From: Camelus ferus
Taxonomy: Eukaryota
DNA: 64,000 nucleotides
Assembly (NCBI RefSeq): GCF_009834535.1
Contig: NC_045696.1
Coordinates: 119,600,001-119,664,000, forward strand
Direction of reading: 5' to 3'
Shown here: piece after piece, positions 38,471-51,055 of the stretch
How the letters are laid out: each line of letters begins with the position of its first letter
Position numbering within the stretch: position 1 is the first letter of the stretch
Program-made: the position numbers and the translations under genes
Notes under the pieces: generated by a model
What the model saw: only the letters and a program-made list of their open reading frames with translations
Database searches by the model: none
What the model was told of the DNA's origin: nothing

Positions 38471-41400
38471 GTAAAACAATTTCACTGATACCAGCCTTGA
38501 AACCTACTTTTAAAAACTCTCCTGGAGTTATGATTTTTGTTCAAGGACATAACACAATTCTGTAGCAGTTGTTTTAAACGAGGGTAAAAGGGTCTTAAGG
38601 CAAAAAGGAAGGGACTGGACATATATATTCAGGGTAGTGACTAAAAGCACAAGAAAACTAGGAGCCAGTGAGGGTTTTTTGTTCCCCCAGCCTTTTCTTT
38701 GAAATTTTTCACAGAAAAGTTAAAAAAAGATACTCTGAATACTCGTTTACCCTCCACTTAGGTCCAGGATTGATGACGTTTGCCACATTTGCTTTCTCTC
38801 TCATATTTACATGGATTGCATTTATGCTACACATACATTTTTTTCTCTCTTTTGCTGAATCCCATTTGAAAGTAAGTTTCAGACATCATGACACTTCACT
38901 GTTGGATACTTGTGTGCATTTCAGATGAGTGTTCTTTTTTGTGTACTTGAAAGGAGAGACCTACCTGTCTGTTATATATCTAACTTGATTGTGAGATCGA
39001 AGTAGCTTTCTGTAAATTGTCATGGTAAAGACGATACATGAAGGCTCATCTTTTTGGGTCTGGCAGTGAACAAAGACATGTTGTTTGAAAATCCTCCAAA
39101 CTTCTAAAGATACAGTGGATTTAACATTCAGGGCTGGCATGAGGGACATATTTAGGAAGAGTGGGTATAATGGATAATTTCCTTCTGTGTGTGTGTGTCT
39201 CCAGTGGCCAAACTTTAATTTACTAAAATAAGGCTGAAAATACATAATTAATTATAATAAGATCTAACTTATTAATGTATGTATTTTTACTGAAAGTAAA
39301 TATTTTCAGTACCTTTTCCATACATAGTTCGGTCCTCTGAATGATGGCGGGTGGGGAGAGGTCATGATTCATAAAGTCCCCATAGCAACAGCAAAACAGA
39401 TGACCTGGAATTGATCGCCGGGTTCTAAGAAAGCCATACCCACAAGCTCATCTCCAGCTCGTATCTTTGCTCCATCCTTCCAGACAGCACCGCTCTGAGC
39501 ACTTGACGTTCAGTAGAGGTAGAAGTACTTACCTTCTTTTTAAAGACTGAACGATCCAAATAGATTTGAATCTTTAGCTAAAACAGTGCATTCTAACATT
39601 GGAGAGTAATCAAATAGTACTGGTACTTTTTTTTTCTTAAGCCTTCCTAAGAGAATTCCATTTAAGTTCATATTTATTGGAAACATGCACCTAATCCAGG
39701 ATTTACTTTAAATGGAGTGCTGGTCACTTTACCTAATTGCAGTCCTGGAGAGTCTACTTTTCTTAAAACAGAAGATAATTATAGGAGTATAGACTTAGGA
39801 AAAAGAGAAGGCTTTCTATTCTGTTTAACTCTAGTATTTATTTGTTTTAAATATATTTAGAACTAACAAGTCTTATCTTAGTGAGGAAATTTGGACTGTA
39901 ATCCTACTTAACATGGTTAATTTCTCCATCATTACAAAGTCTCATTATAACCAACTGCTTTTCTGCTATATTAATCAAATTGTCTTAAATTTTAAAACAT
40001 TTATTCAGAATCAGTTTTGAGCATCAGTTTATTCTGTTGTGATGTCCTTGGGAGCTCCTATGTATAACTAGTAACTAGTGTAACTAGTGTCTGACCTCCT
40101 AACTTTTATGACTTTTAGCCTCTACTTTGCTACTTATAGAAATACTTTCTTTCCTTACTTAAAAAAAAATCATTTCTTAACATTTCCTAGGTTGTTCTCT
40201 TGCTCTGAAACTTAGGGCAGAACTAAAAGCTTAGTTAGTACTTCAAATCAGTAGACCCTTCCTGAGGATGACTTTGTTTTCAGTGATTTGTGGGTTTTTG
40301 ACAAATTTTTTTTAATGGTTGTTGTAGGCCTTTTCTCTTGTGACTCTTGGTAGTGGAGAATATTGACGTAATTGTAAGATTTGTTAAGTCTTTGCCACCC
40401 TGAATTAGGATGGCCAGTTTTTTTTTTCCCTATTTTTGTCATCTGTGATAAGGAATCGCATAGGGTTGTAAGAGGCAGGTGTGTATGTGTGTGTGCAAAT
40501 GTGTGTAATAAAATTTACACTGTTTTGTAGTATAAAATCCACTCACTCTTGGTAGGTAATAATTTTTAAGCTTTATGTCCATGTGACAGTGGTATTTTTC
40601 TAAAAAGAAATTTTTTATTTAAATGAATATTTGAGAATAACATCTGACTTTTTAAAACTTCTGTGTGTTTTTTTTTGAAGTTATTTTTATAAATTTTTAG
40701 AATGAGTATAAGGGTTCAAATTGTTTCTATACTGTTAAATAAACATTGTTATTATTTTAGGTTAGCTTCTTCAGTCATATCCTGAAGTTTTGAATACTGT
40801 CGACCACTAGATAGCACCTTTCTTAGTAACACACCTAATTCATTTTTAAGAACTAGTTTAAAATATTATGCATTCATATTATCTGGTCTGGAGTGGAAGT
40901 CCTCTGTTAGAGACGCTAGATGAGATGATTTCAGTAGAAAATACTGGTGCTTTCTGTTTGGAGGCTTTGGGCCACAAGTAATTGACTAGCTGACTAAACC
41001 CAGATTTAACCCAGAACGAGGTGATTTGGGGGCTGGTTAAGACAGTATTGTCAGACCTCTGGGGAGCTTCTCTGCGCAACTCTTGTCTTTCTCTTCACGG
41101 CAGAGGTGACGGCTGCCTCATGCGCTCAAGACAAACAATCGGAGAGATGGACAAGGGAGCTCTTCCTATGCCTTTCCTTTTTTTTGAATCAAGCAGAAAC
41201 ATCTCTTCCAGAATCCCCATAAAACTCCCCCTGAAGTTTCCTTGATTCCAGGCCCACTCTAAACCCATCCACCAGCAGAGGCAGCAGAGGTAAAGTGGGC
41301 TTGGTTTTTGCTTAGATCAGTCATTGGTCATCTCCTGATTTCATCCCCTGGGCGAGAGAACAGAGGTCATCACCAGTGATTATGTTGCATTCCATATCTG

Positions 41401-44054
41401 GAGAAAATTAGCATTTTCAGGAAGGAATAAAGGGGAAATCGTTGTTTGGATAGGTAACCTAATAAAAGAAGACTTTTTTGACTGCCTAAAAACAGTTGAA
41501 ATAGCAAACTTTTCGAAAAATAACAGTCACTTGGATGTGGAAGAAGCACCGTACCAAAAAGGTGAAACAGTCAAAAAAATTTGAAAGGCAGATTGGCATA
41601 CGTAGTGTGAAAAGCAGCAGGAGTGTGAGTCAAAAGACCAGAGTACTTGTATCTTCTCACCCTTATTGGCTACACTACATGAACACATCCATTGAACTTG
41701 TTAGGGCTCACTTTTCTTTTGTTGCAGAATATGCGGGGTTTCATTAATGGCCTTCAGGGTATTCTCACCCCAAATTTGGGATGGTCTAAAAATTCCAAGT
41801 GAACTTGAATGATCTCCTTCTGGGCTTTTGCCCAGAAGGTTTCATTTGTATTTCCAAATTTATGTGGCCAGAATAATAATAATAATTGAATGCCTTTCCC
41901 TAGAATTTACCAGAACTTAATGCTGTGTTGTGGAACCCAAATAATTTAATTTGTCATATTAGTAACACATTTCAGAGTAAAGGTCTAACTTTATAAGAAA
42001 ATTTTCTACAAGTAAAAATTGTTTTTCTCAATCCAGAGTGACAGAAATTGCTGTTAGTTGTAGCCTTTTATTTCAAAGACAGTGGTATTCATAAACCTTT
42101 TTATGTCACTTAATTTAATTCACACAACAATCTTGTAAAGTTGGTGCGTTAACATTCCATTCTACCAATAAGTGACAAAATGAAAACTCAGTATATGGCA
42201 GAACAGAAATTTGAACCTATGTAGACCTGACAGAAACTGGGGAAATAAAAAAGAAGATTGGAGAGAAATATTTTTCTTTTGCCAAATAGTGCCATAAAGT
42301 AATAATGGTTAAAAAAAAATGGATTTTTCACTCCTAAAAGTTACATCCACATTCTGTGGACTCTTTTTAAACTGTAATACAAGCGTGATCTTAATTTTCA
42401 TAATAAAGTGCTATACAGTTTTAACATTGCAAATGAGTGAATGAACAAGCCTCCCTTAGTGCTATGTTTTCTGGCTGGATAAAAATGTCATTCACAGTAG
42501 TATCCAGCTAGGGAAAGTTTATAATCCAGCCAATGCTGTTTTTAGTGTTTAAAACAGAGGAAGTCGTAGATTATGACTTCTGTGACTGTGACCCTTTTTA
42601 AACTCAAGAGTTGATTTAAGAGCTAGTCCATAGATCTTGCCTGTTATGTAAACTGGACAATTTTGAAAATGCTCCCTTGCATATGTTACTTATTGGTAAA
42701 TTATATCTGAACTGAGATGTGCTTTTTCATTCAAAATATTTTGGGATTGACTTTGCCAAAATAATCTTAAAAATTCTTAACATCTTTTATGCTTTCAAAA
42801 ATACTTTCTGGGGTCATTGAAATGATACTGGTTTTACTCTGTCAGATGAAGTGTTCGGCAGATACATACACGCACACATGTAGGTGCCTCCCACAGCGGA
42901 TCACCAGTGTCCATTCTCATGGTAGTAAAGTGGTTGGCAGTTAACACAAAGTAGTGACCAGTAAGTTTACACAGGCTGCCTGAATCCCACCCACCTCCCT
43001 CTTCACAGTGCTCTCCAGTCTTTTCTGGAAATGAGCAAGAAGTGCTCTGATCTTTAACAGGCCTTTCATGTGGCCACATGTCGCTCTGCTGGCTGCCTGT
43101 TCACCAAGCTGTAGATGTTCCTGAAGAGGTTTTAAAACCCTTCACTCAGTTCCTTGAGGTCATGTGCACCGTCTGTCCCAGAACCGTGTGTGTGGTCTTC
43201 TGTAGCTGCCCCCGGTAATGGTAGTGGAGCCCACAAACCTCCAGCCCCCTCTCGCATGCACCCACCGGCTCCCAGCAGCTCCAGTGGGGCGTGGGATGTG
43301 GGGCGTGGGGCGAACGACCACTGCCCCTCGCCTCCGTTCCTGCTGGTGCTTCTGGTGTTCAGCCTCAGAGTTTTAAATGCTCTTCACTGCTGTTCGGGTT
43401 TCCCCCAAGATCTGTAAATGAGCGTCTGTTCCATGTCATTGTGACCAAATGGCTGTGATGGTGGTCCTGAAACAAAGGAGGTGAAACCAGCTGCTTTTAC
43501 AGCTAGAAACTGGTGGTGACTTATTTTTGTGTTTATTTGCTGGTTTTTATTTAGCATGTATGTTTCTGCATTTTCCTCTCTTCATCCCCAATGAATTTGT
43601 CCGTACCAGTATGGAATCAGTCCATACCAGCCTTTAGAGAGCTTCCTTATTCTTCCGTGTTGTCACACAGTTTTACGTTAATGTGTTTATAACAATTTAT
43701 TTAACCGGCTCCCCTCTTGGAGGGCATTTGGGTCATTTTTAGTCTTACTAATTGGTAATAAGTGAGGTATTTTCACCAAGTAAACAAAAATTCTACTTCA
43801 GTGGGCAAGCAAAAATTTTAGAATGCTTATATTTATTATGAACTATTTAAAATATATTACCAACTCCCAGATAGACTGCATGTCCCCTAAGTTCTTTATT
43901 TAAACAATTTTAGTGGACATGTATATGTAAATTGGTAGTAGGTAAATAATAATGATAACATGACACTTTGCTGTGCTGGGTGACTGTGTCCTAAATTTCA
44001 GACTGAGCTGAAAGTACTGATAGGTCTCAGCTAGCACCTCAGTCTGTGTTAACT

Positions 44055-45715
44055 TAAGTTTTACTGATGTGTAATTGACATACAGTACATTGCACATTTA
44101 AAGTGTGCAGTTGCGTCAGTTTTAACACGTGTACACCTATGAAACCATCACCAATCAAGATAGTTAACATTCCCATCATTCCCAAAAGATTCCATTTGCC
44201 CCTGGCCTCTGATCTGCTTTGAGTCACTGTAGGTTAATTTGAGGTTTCCAGTGCTTTATATAAATGGAGCTATACAACATGTCCTCCTTTGTCTAGCTCT
44301 TGTCACCCAGCACACTCACTTTGCAGTTCATCCACGTTGTGGCATGTGTTAATAGTTCATTACCTTCTGTTGCCGAGCAATATTCCATTGTGTCACTAGA
44401 CCCAATTTGTTTATCCACTCACCTGTTGATAGTTTGATTTACTTTTTTATCTATTACAAGTAAAGCTACTATGAAGGTATGTCTCCAAGTCTCTGTATGA
44501 ACATATGCTTCCTTCCTCCTGGGGAAGTATCTAGAGGTGCAGTGGTTGGGCCATATGGTAGGTATGTGTTTAACTTGTTAAACTGCCGGCTGTTTCCTAA
44601 CCGGTTGTGCTGTTACACGTTCCCGCCATGGATATGAGCATTCCAGTCTTTTCCCCCTTTCTACCAATATTTGGTATGCTCAGTCTTTTCTAATCTGAAA
44701 CATTTTAATAGATGAGTATCTCACTAAGGTTTTAATTTGCATTTCTGAGATAACTGATGACGTGGAGCATCTTTTCATTGCTTCTTGGCAACCTTTATAT
44801 CCTTGTGAAATGTCTTCTCAAATGTTTTTGCCAGGTTTTGGGTGTGGGTTTTTTGTGTTTTATTTTTATTTTTATTTTTGGATTTTCTTACTCTTGAGTT
44901 TAGAGAACTCTGTATGTTCTGGACACAAGTCCTCAATCTGTGGCTGTGTTTTCGTTCTCTTAAGAGTGTTTTTGGAGAGCAGAAGTTTAAAAATTTGATG
45001 ATGTCCAGTTTATCAGTTTATTCTTTTAGGATTTTGGTTTTGGTGGTGTGTCTAAAAAAATACCTATCTCAGTGTCACATAGATTTTCTCATCTCTTCTA
45101 GAATGTTATAGTTTTAAATTTCATATTTAGATCTACATTCTATTGTAAGTTAATAATTGCATGTGGTACAAGATATATGTCAGAGTTAACTTTTTTATAT
45201 ATGGATATATCCAGTTGTTAAAATGTTTGTTGAGAAGACTATACTTTCGTTACTGTGAATTACCTTTGCATTTTTGTCAAACATTACTTGTCCATACATG
45301 TGTGGATCTGTTTATGGACTCCGTTATCTTCCATTGGTGTATTTGTCTAGCTTAATGCCAGTACCGCACTGTTGTGATACTGTAGTTTTATAATAAATCT
45401 TGAAATCAGTAGCTTTTTTCTTTGAAATTATTTTGGCTATTCTGGGTCCTTTGCATTTCGATGTGAATTTTAAAATCAGCTTGTCAGTTTCTAGGGGAAG
45501 AAAGAAATTGGGGTTGTTGATCTATAGATCAACTTGGCAAAAATTAATGCTTTAGCAGTATTGAGTCTTCCGACCCATGAACAAGTTATATCTCTTCATT
45601 TATTTAGGTCATTTTTAATTGCAGCAAATTTTGTAATTTCACTTTTATATCTTTTGCTGGATTTATCCATATTTTATAAATTTTGTTCCTACTCTAAATG
45701 TTATTTTATTTAATT
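44055..45715 (-). mobile_element. Old L1 (L1MC/MD-type) 3' region
   Basis: ttttactgatgtgtaattgacatacagtac 3' end; tgaaaccatcacca, gtttatccactcacctgttgat, tattgagtcttccgacccatgaaca. Confidence 0.88.
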
Positions 45716-46639
45716 TCAAACTCGGCGAATTGTTCTCCACTCCTAAGGGAAGTTTTTCCTGAGTGCTCTACCCAGGGCTCTGCTAGTGATAAGTTTTCTA
45801 GCCTCACCGGTGGGAACAGCACACTGTTTTCTGTGGTGAACCGGACACTGTTCTCTCTAATGCATGCATTCTCCCTGGTGTTGCTGTCACCTCCAACTTG
45901 CAAAAATAGTTGGGTTTTTTTGGCTGTTGTTGGAATCTGTGTGTGTATGTGTGTATTTGTGAAAATCTTACATATTACAGTGGCTTGTGGCCTTCCAAAG
46001 GGCCAAAGTGTATAATTTCGGTATACAGTGGTATTAAACTTTCGTGAGGGCACTTAGGAAAAATAAATCTAAAAAGGATTTTGGGTCAGAGTGATGAGAG
46101 AAAAAAAGGTTGAGAAACACTGCTTTAATTATTTTGGATAGTTCTTTGCATGAGTCTCAGGTAGCATCCTTACACACACGTGCTGCTCAGTACTTGGTAG
46201 ACAGAGTACACGAGAGGATGTCCGTAGGGTCTCTGGGATTCTCGCCATGAACCATCCTCCCTACTCTGTTACTTTGCTGAGAATACTAGCCCCTGTGTTC
46301 TCCCCACGCTGTCAGCTCTGTCTCTTCAACTCAGGGAAAACATGCCTATTAAAAATACAAGTAGCTCTGTAAAAGCCATGGAGAAGCATTTTATCGATTT
46401 AAACAGCTGACTTACATTCCACCAAATGTTCTCACACTTCTACCTTACAATATTTTGTGAAATGGCAATTTTCAATTGTAGTCCAGCAGTATTTTTGAAA
46501 AAGAAATTCTGTACATTAGTTTTATAAACAGTTGTATTGCAGTTGATAATTAAAATCACCCAGTCACAGATGGCATCACCTCTGCTTCCTCTTACCTTTA
46601 TTGGACCTGGTATTAATATGTAATTTTGGTGGGGGTTTT

Positions 46640-46681
<42 letters not shown>

Positions 46682-46699
46682 TGTTTTGTTTTGTTTTTG
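46640..46699. repeat. (TTG)~14 microsatellite followed by (TTTTG)n
   Basis: Directly visible. Confidence 0.97.
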
Positions 46700-46866
46700 T
46701 GGAAAGGAAATAAGCCTTAGCCTTGGAGTATTTGATTACTGCTAAATTTGTAGACAAGAGTAAATTCAGTATTTAGAATAGGATGTTCTGGGGACTTGTC
46801 TTTTTAATATTACTACAGATAGAGCAATGTCTAGATTACAGTTAATGATGAATTAATACTAGATTC

Positions 46867-47081
46867 CTATATATACCAATAGATAAAAAGCAGATTTCTT
46901 CTGTATATCACAGAGAACTATATTCAATATCTTACATAAATAACTTAATGAAAAAAATATGAAAACGAATATATGTATATATATGCAAGACTAGGGCATT
47001 ATGCTGTACACCAGAAATTGGCATGTTGTAACTGACTGTACTTCAATTAAAAAATAATAAAAAGTTAAAAAAAATTTTTTA
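46867..47081 (+). mobile_element. L1 3'-end insertion
   Basis: gaactatattcaatatctt...atgctgtacaccagaaattg...taactgactgtacttcaattaaaaa plus A tail; TSD AATACTAGATTC at 46855 and 47082. Confidence 0.9.
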
Positions 47082-47449
47082 AATACTAGATTCAAAACTT
47101 TCTAAACAGAATTTGCCTCAGGGCAATAGTTAGCCCTGGAAAGAGATTTTAGAGATCTAGTAGTTAAATTATCTGTTACAGATGAAGCAAAACTGAGACC
47201 TCTGGAGCCTGTTTGCTATGGTCACTTCCATTTAGCAGAGATAGCAGAAGAGCCTGGTTTCCTTAATGTCCAGTTTAGTTTTCTGTCAAAGTTGTGTCCG
47301 CTGGCTTGTCACCCCTCATTGCTGCCCAGTGGCTTAGTATTACAGGAAATTTCTTGGCTTTTCTCTCGTCGCCTTAGGTGTATAAGCCATTATTTAAATA
47401 CGTGCTAGTCTAATCTCCTGTACTGTAGATGTGATCAGAGAGCATTCCT

Positions 47450-47934
47450 GTGGTTAGTTTGTGACATCTGGCACAGTTGACGGTAGGAAAGTGCAATCAC
47501 TGGGTGGGCCTGACCTGACCTAATGACAGGAAGTCATTAAATCTGGACTTAGAATCATAAGCAGAGGGAGTCAGGGATGTGATGTGAGGCAGGTTCTCTG
47601 TCGCTGACTTTGGAAGATGGAGGGGCCACATGCCAAAGGCTGTCTAGAGGAGCATTCCTTCTTGCTCACCAGAAGGAAGGAAAATTGGAACCTCAGTCTC
47701 ACAACCACAAGGAACCAGATTTTGCCTGAATGAGCCAAGAAGTGAATTCTTCTTTCATCAGGCCTCCTGTTTAGAACACGCCTTGGTTTCAGCTTTAGGA
47801 CAGACCCTGAGCAGAGAGCCCAGCCAGCGCTGTACCTGGACTTCTGCCCTGCGGAGCTGTGGGCTAGAAAATGACTGTTGCTTAAGCTGCTGTGCTTACA
47901 GTGATCTGTTATGCAGCGACACAAAACTAATACA
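47450..47934 (+). mobile_element. MaLR LTR (MLT1E/F-like)
   Basis: gaagatggaggggccacatg, acaaccacaagga, gaccctgagcagaga and terminal ttatgcagc...aaaactaataca. Confidence 0.85.
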
Positions 47935-48119
47935 AGACTTAAGCATCTCTTGTTCTCAGACACCTTTCCTGGTCCTGCAGGTAGTATTATGTCAGCCTGA
48001 TAGATGCCATAGCACTCGGCACTTCTCCTTTGTAACGCTCCTGTTAATTGACTTGTGTCGCATTCAGTCACTCTGGAGATAGGGACCTTGTTTGAATTCT
48101 CTGTACTTATACTCAGTAT

Positions 48120-48421
48120 AAGTCATTCCTCAGTATCCATGGAGGATTGATTCCAGGACCTCCCCAATAACCAAAATCCATGGATGCTCAACAACTCCCT
48201 TGTATAAAATGGTGTAGTGTTTGCTGTTGGTATAACCCACGCACATCTGCCAATCCTCCTGTGTGCTCTGAACCATCTCTGGATGACTTACAACATCTAA
48301 TGCAATGCAAGTACTGTGTAAATAGTTGCTGGCCTGGGACAAAGTCGAGTTTTGCTTTTTGGAGCTTTCTGAAAATTTTTTCCCAAAGTATTTTTGATCC
48401 GTGGATACAGAGGACTGACTG
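48120..48421. mobile_element. MER2-type TcMar-Tigger MITE
   Basis: TIRs agtcattcctcagtatcc ... ggatacagaggactgactg flanked by TA; internal ttccaggacc...accaaaatccatggatgctca. Confidence 0.9.
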
Positions 48422-50827
48422 TAAGCAACGGCCATTTATAAAGTGTTAGAAGTGAATGAATAAAAATAAGACATGGTCTCTGACTTTAGCAAGTTTATGG
48501 TCTAAAGTGTTTGGCTGGTTGGTTGTGGGTGGTTTTGTTTTCATTTGTGTTGGGGGTGTGCTGATTGTGTTTTGGTGGGTGGAGCAGTCTCCTGTCAGTT
48601 GCCCCAGTGCAATTAACCTCAACTGGCTTTTGCCACATTTTGCCTTGCAGTCTCATCAGTACTTGTTTAGACAGTTCAAATCATTTTGACATAGGAAGGG
48701 TGAATTCTTTAAAAAAAAAAAAAACAAACCAACAAAGCATGTGTACTTGAAGTGCAAGCCCACACAGGGAGAGCTCTCTTATGAGACAGTGACTTCGTCA
48801 TTTGCTGTGTGCTGTAGATGGGCTGTCAGAGCACGGGCTTGCAAGGGACAGCTGGAGACGGACCTGCTCTGCCCTGGTCTCTGCTAAGGGACCCGACTCC
48901 CATCTCTCCCTCAGTGTCTAGGAACAGAAGTTGGTTCTTTGAGAAGGCGTTTAATAAAGTTCTTAGCGTTGGGGTTTCCCTGACAACCCCGAGAGCAGCT
49001 TTGCTGCGGTATTACAAGTCTAGCTCGGTATCAGGAAGTAAAAATGAGGTTTGCAGGATTGTCGAACATGGCACAAAAGCAACACAGGAAATACTAGAAA
49101 TGTCCCAGGTGAAGAGGGAACTCTGTGGTGTCATTCTCTATTAAGAACTGCCTAGCGAGCCAAGGGTAGAGTTTTTAGATAACTCGCAGTTTAGTTTTCA
49201 TTCAGATCCTGCTGCCAAAACAGTGACACATGTAAACAAGTCTAAATAGCTGAGACGTTGGTCATTTTGTATAAATCGAAGTACTTGTAATAGCCAGAGT
49301 CAGATTTGGGAAAGGAAACTTCTCGTCTTATCCCATCTCAGATCATGTATTCATAAATAAAATATAAAATATTTTAGATTATCTACTGTGAAAGTGAATG
49401 ATTTAATTAAGAGTAGACTAATTACTAAATACACATTTTTAGTAAAATTACAGTGATGGAACCTTGAGATTTTTTTTTACCTTACTGTAATTACTTATTG
49501 AGTAAAATATGTAAATTATATAAATATTTTAAACTGATAATGTACCATTTTTTTCTCAGTAGCTTTTCTAGAGAATCAGTGGTTTGAATATTCCTTATTC
49601 AAGTGACTTGAAGCACAGTCTCTTGTACAAACTCAACAAATAAATTTATTCGTTTTAGAACATATTTGTCTTTGTATACGAGAAAAAAATTAGTTACAAA
49701 ATGCTGTATGTCAAGTTTTTATCATTAGTTTGCAAGATAGATATGCAGAGTGAGGGTGCTTGGCTTTTGTTTACACAGAAAATAGATTATATTTTTTGAG
49801 TGTTTTAAGATTGCCTTACACAAATTTCTGGTAATAAAATTTCTATTTTTATTCTTAATTCCGTTGTAGACACAAATTAGTGGTTTGTGGGAAGGGCACA
49901 GGTGTAATGGTGAATATCTTTCTTTTCCAGCTTTCAGGTGGCTTTCATTTTCGTTTTGAACGTTAGTTCAGGAGAATGAAACTTGACAAACCAACAAAGG
50001 AAGCTACTTTTCTTAAACTGAAATATCCTGTCAGAGCCTGTGTCTTCTGCCAGTTTTTTGATACACTTTTGCTCTTAGTTCAAATGTGTTTTAATTGTAT
50101 TTTGAAAGAATGATTAAACACTCGTGTCTGACCTTTTTTCTCCTCCTTTTAATCTTTTTAAAATTGTGAAATATAACTCACTTAAAATATAAAAAGCAAA
50201 TATAGACTATGATGAATTATTTAAATGTAACTACCACTCAGGTGAAAAAACAGAACATTGCTAGCACCTCTCAAGTGCCCCTTGTCCCTACTTTGTGATC
50301 AGAACTTTCCTCCCACCCCACAGTGTACCCAGTAATCTGACTTTTATTATAGTCTCTTTCTTAGTTTTCTTTTATAATTTTGCCACCTAATTATTCCTCC
50401 CTAAGCAGTATAATTTAATTTTTCATATTTAATTAAATGACTCATACAACGTGTATTCTTCTGGGCCTGGGTTCTTTTACACAAACTATCTTATTTTAAA
50501 AATTGCCCTGTGTTACATGTTGCTAAAGATTATTCATAGTGCTCCGCTGAATGCATACGCCTCAGTTTATCCATAGTCTGCTACTGATGGATAGTTGGGT
50601 TGTTTCCAATTTTTGCCTGTTGTGAGCAATGCAGCTATTCTTAAGCATGTCTTCTGTTGCACATTACCATGCATTTCTGTAAGGGGTACACCTAGGCATA
50701 GAATCTGTGGCCTGTAAAGCTTGCATATTCAATTTGGTAGGGAATGCCGTATTACACAGTTTACACTCTCGTCAGCACGGTATGAGAGTTCTTGTTGGTC
50801 CACATCCTTGAACCACATTCTTGGTGT

Positions 50828-50829
<2 letters not shown>

Positions 50830-50858
<29 letters not shown>

Positions 50859-50945
50859 AATTGAAGTACCATGAGTTACAATGTGTCAATTTCTGGTATA
50901 CAGCACAATGTCCTAGTCATGCATAGACATACATATATTTGATAT
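50830..50945 (-). mobile_element. Short L1 3'-end insertion
   Basis: (TTTTG)n tail then aattgaagtac...gttacaatgtgtcaatttctggtatacagcacaatgtc, the same family as 34247-34376. Confidence 0.85.
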
Positions 50946-50949
50946 CTTT

Positions 50950-51055
50950 CCCTTTTTTAAAATTTAATATTATTTTTTAATGGAGGTACTAGGGATTGAA
51001 CCCAGGACCTTGTGCATGCTAAGCACACGCTCCACCACTTGAGCTATACCTTCCT
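50950..51055 (-). mobile_element. Camelid tRNA-derived SINE (vic-1-like)
   Basis: ttaatggaggtactagggattgaacccaggaccttgtgcatgctaagcacacgctccaccacttgagctatacc. Confidence 0.9.

Noticed and set aside
40065..40090. taactag tandem triplet
   Set aside because: Trivial slippage repeat.
47571..48071. 166-aa minus-strand ORF
   Set aside because: Lies largely antisense within an MLT1 LTR; no coding features.
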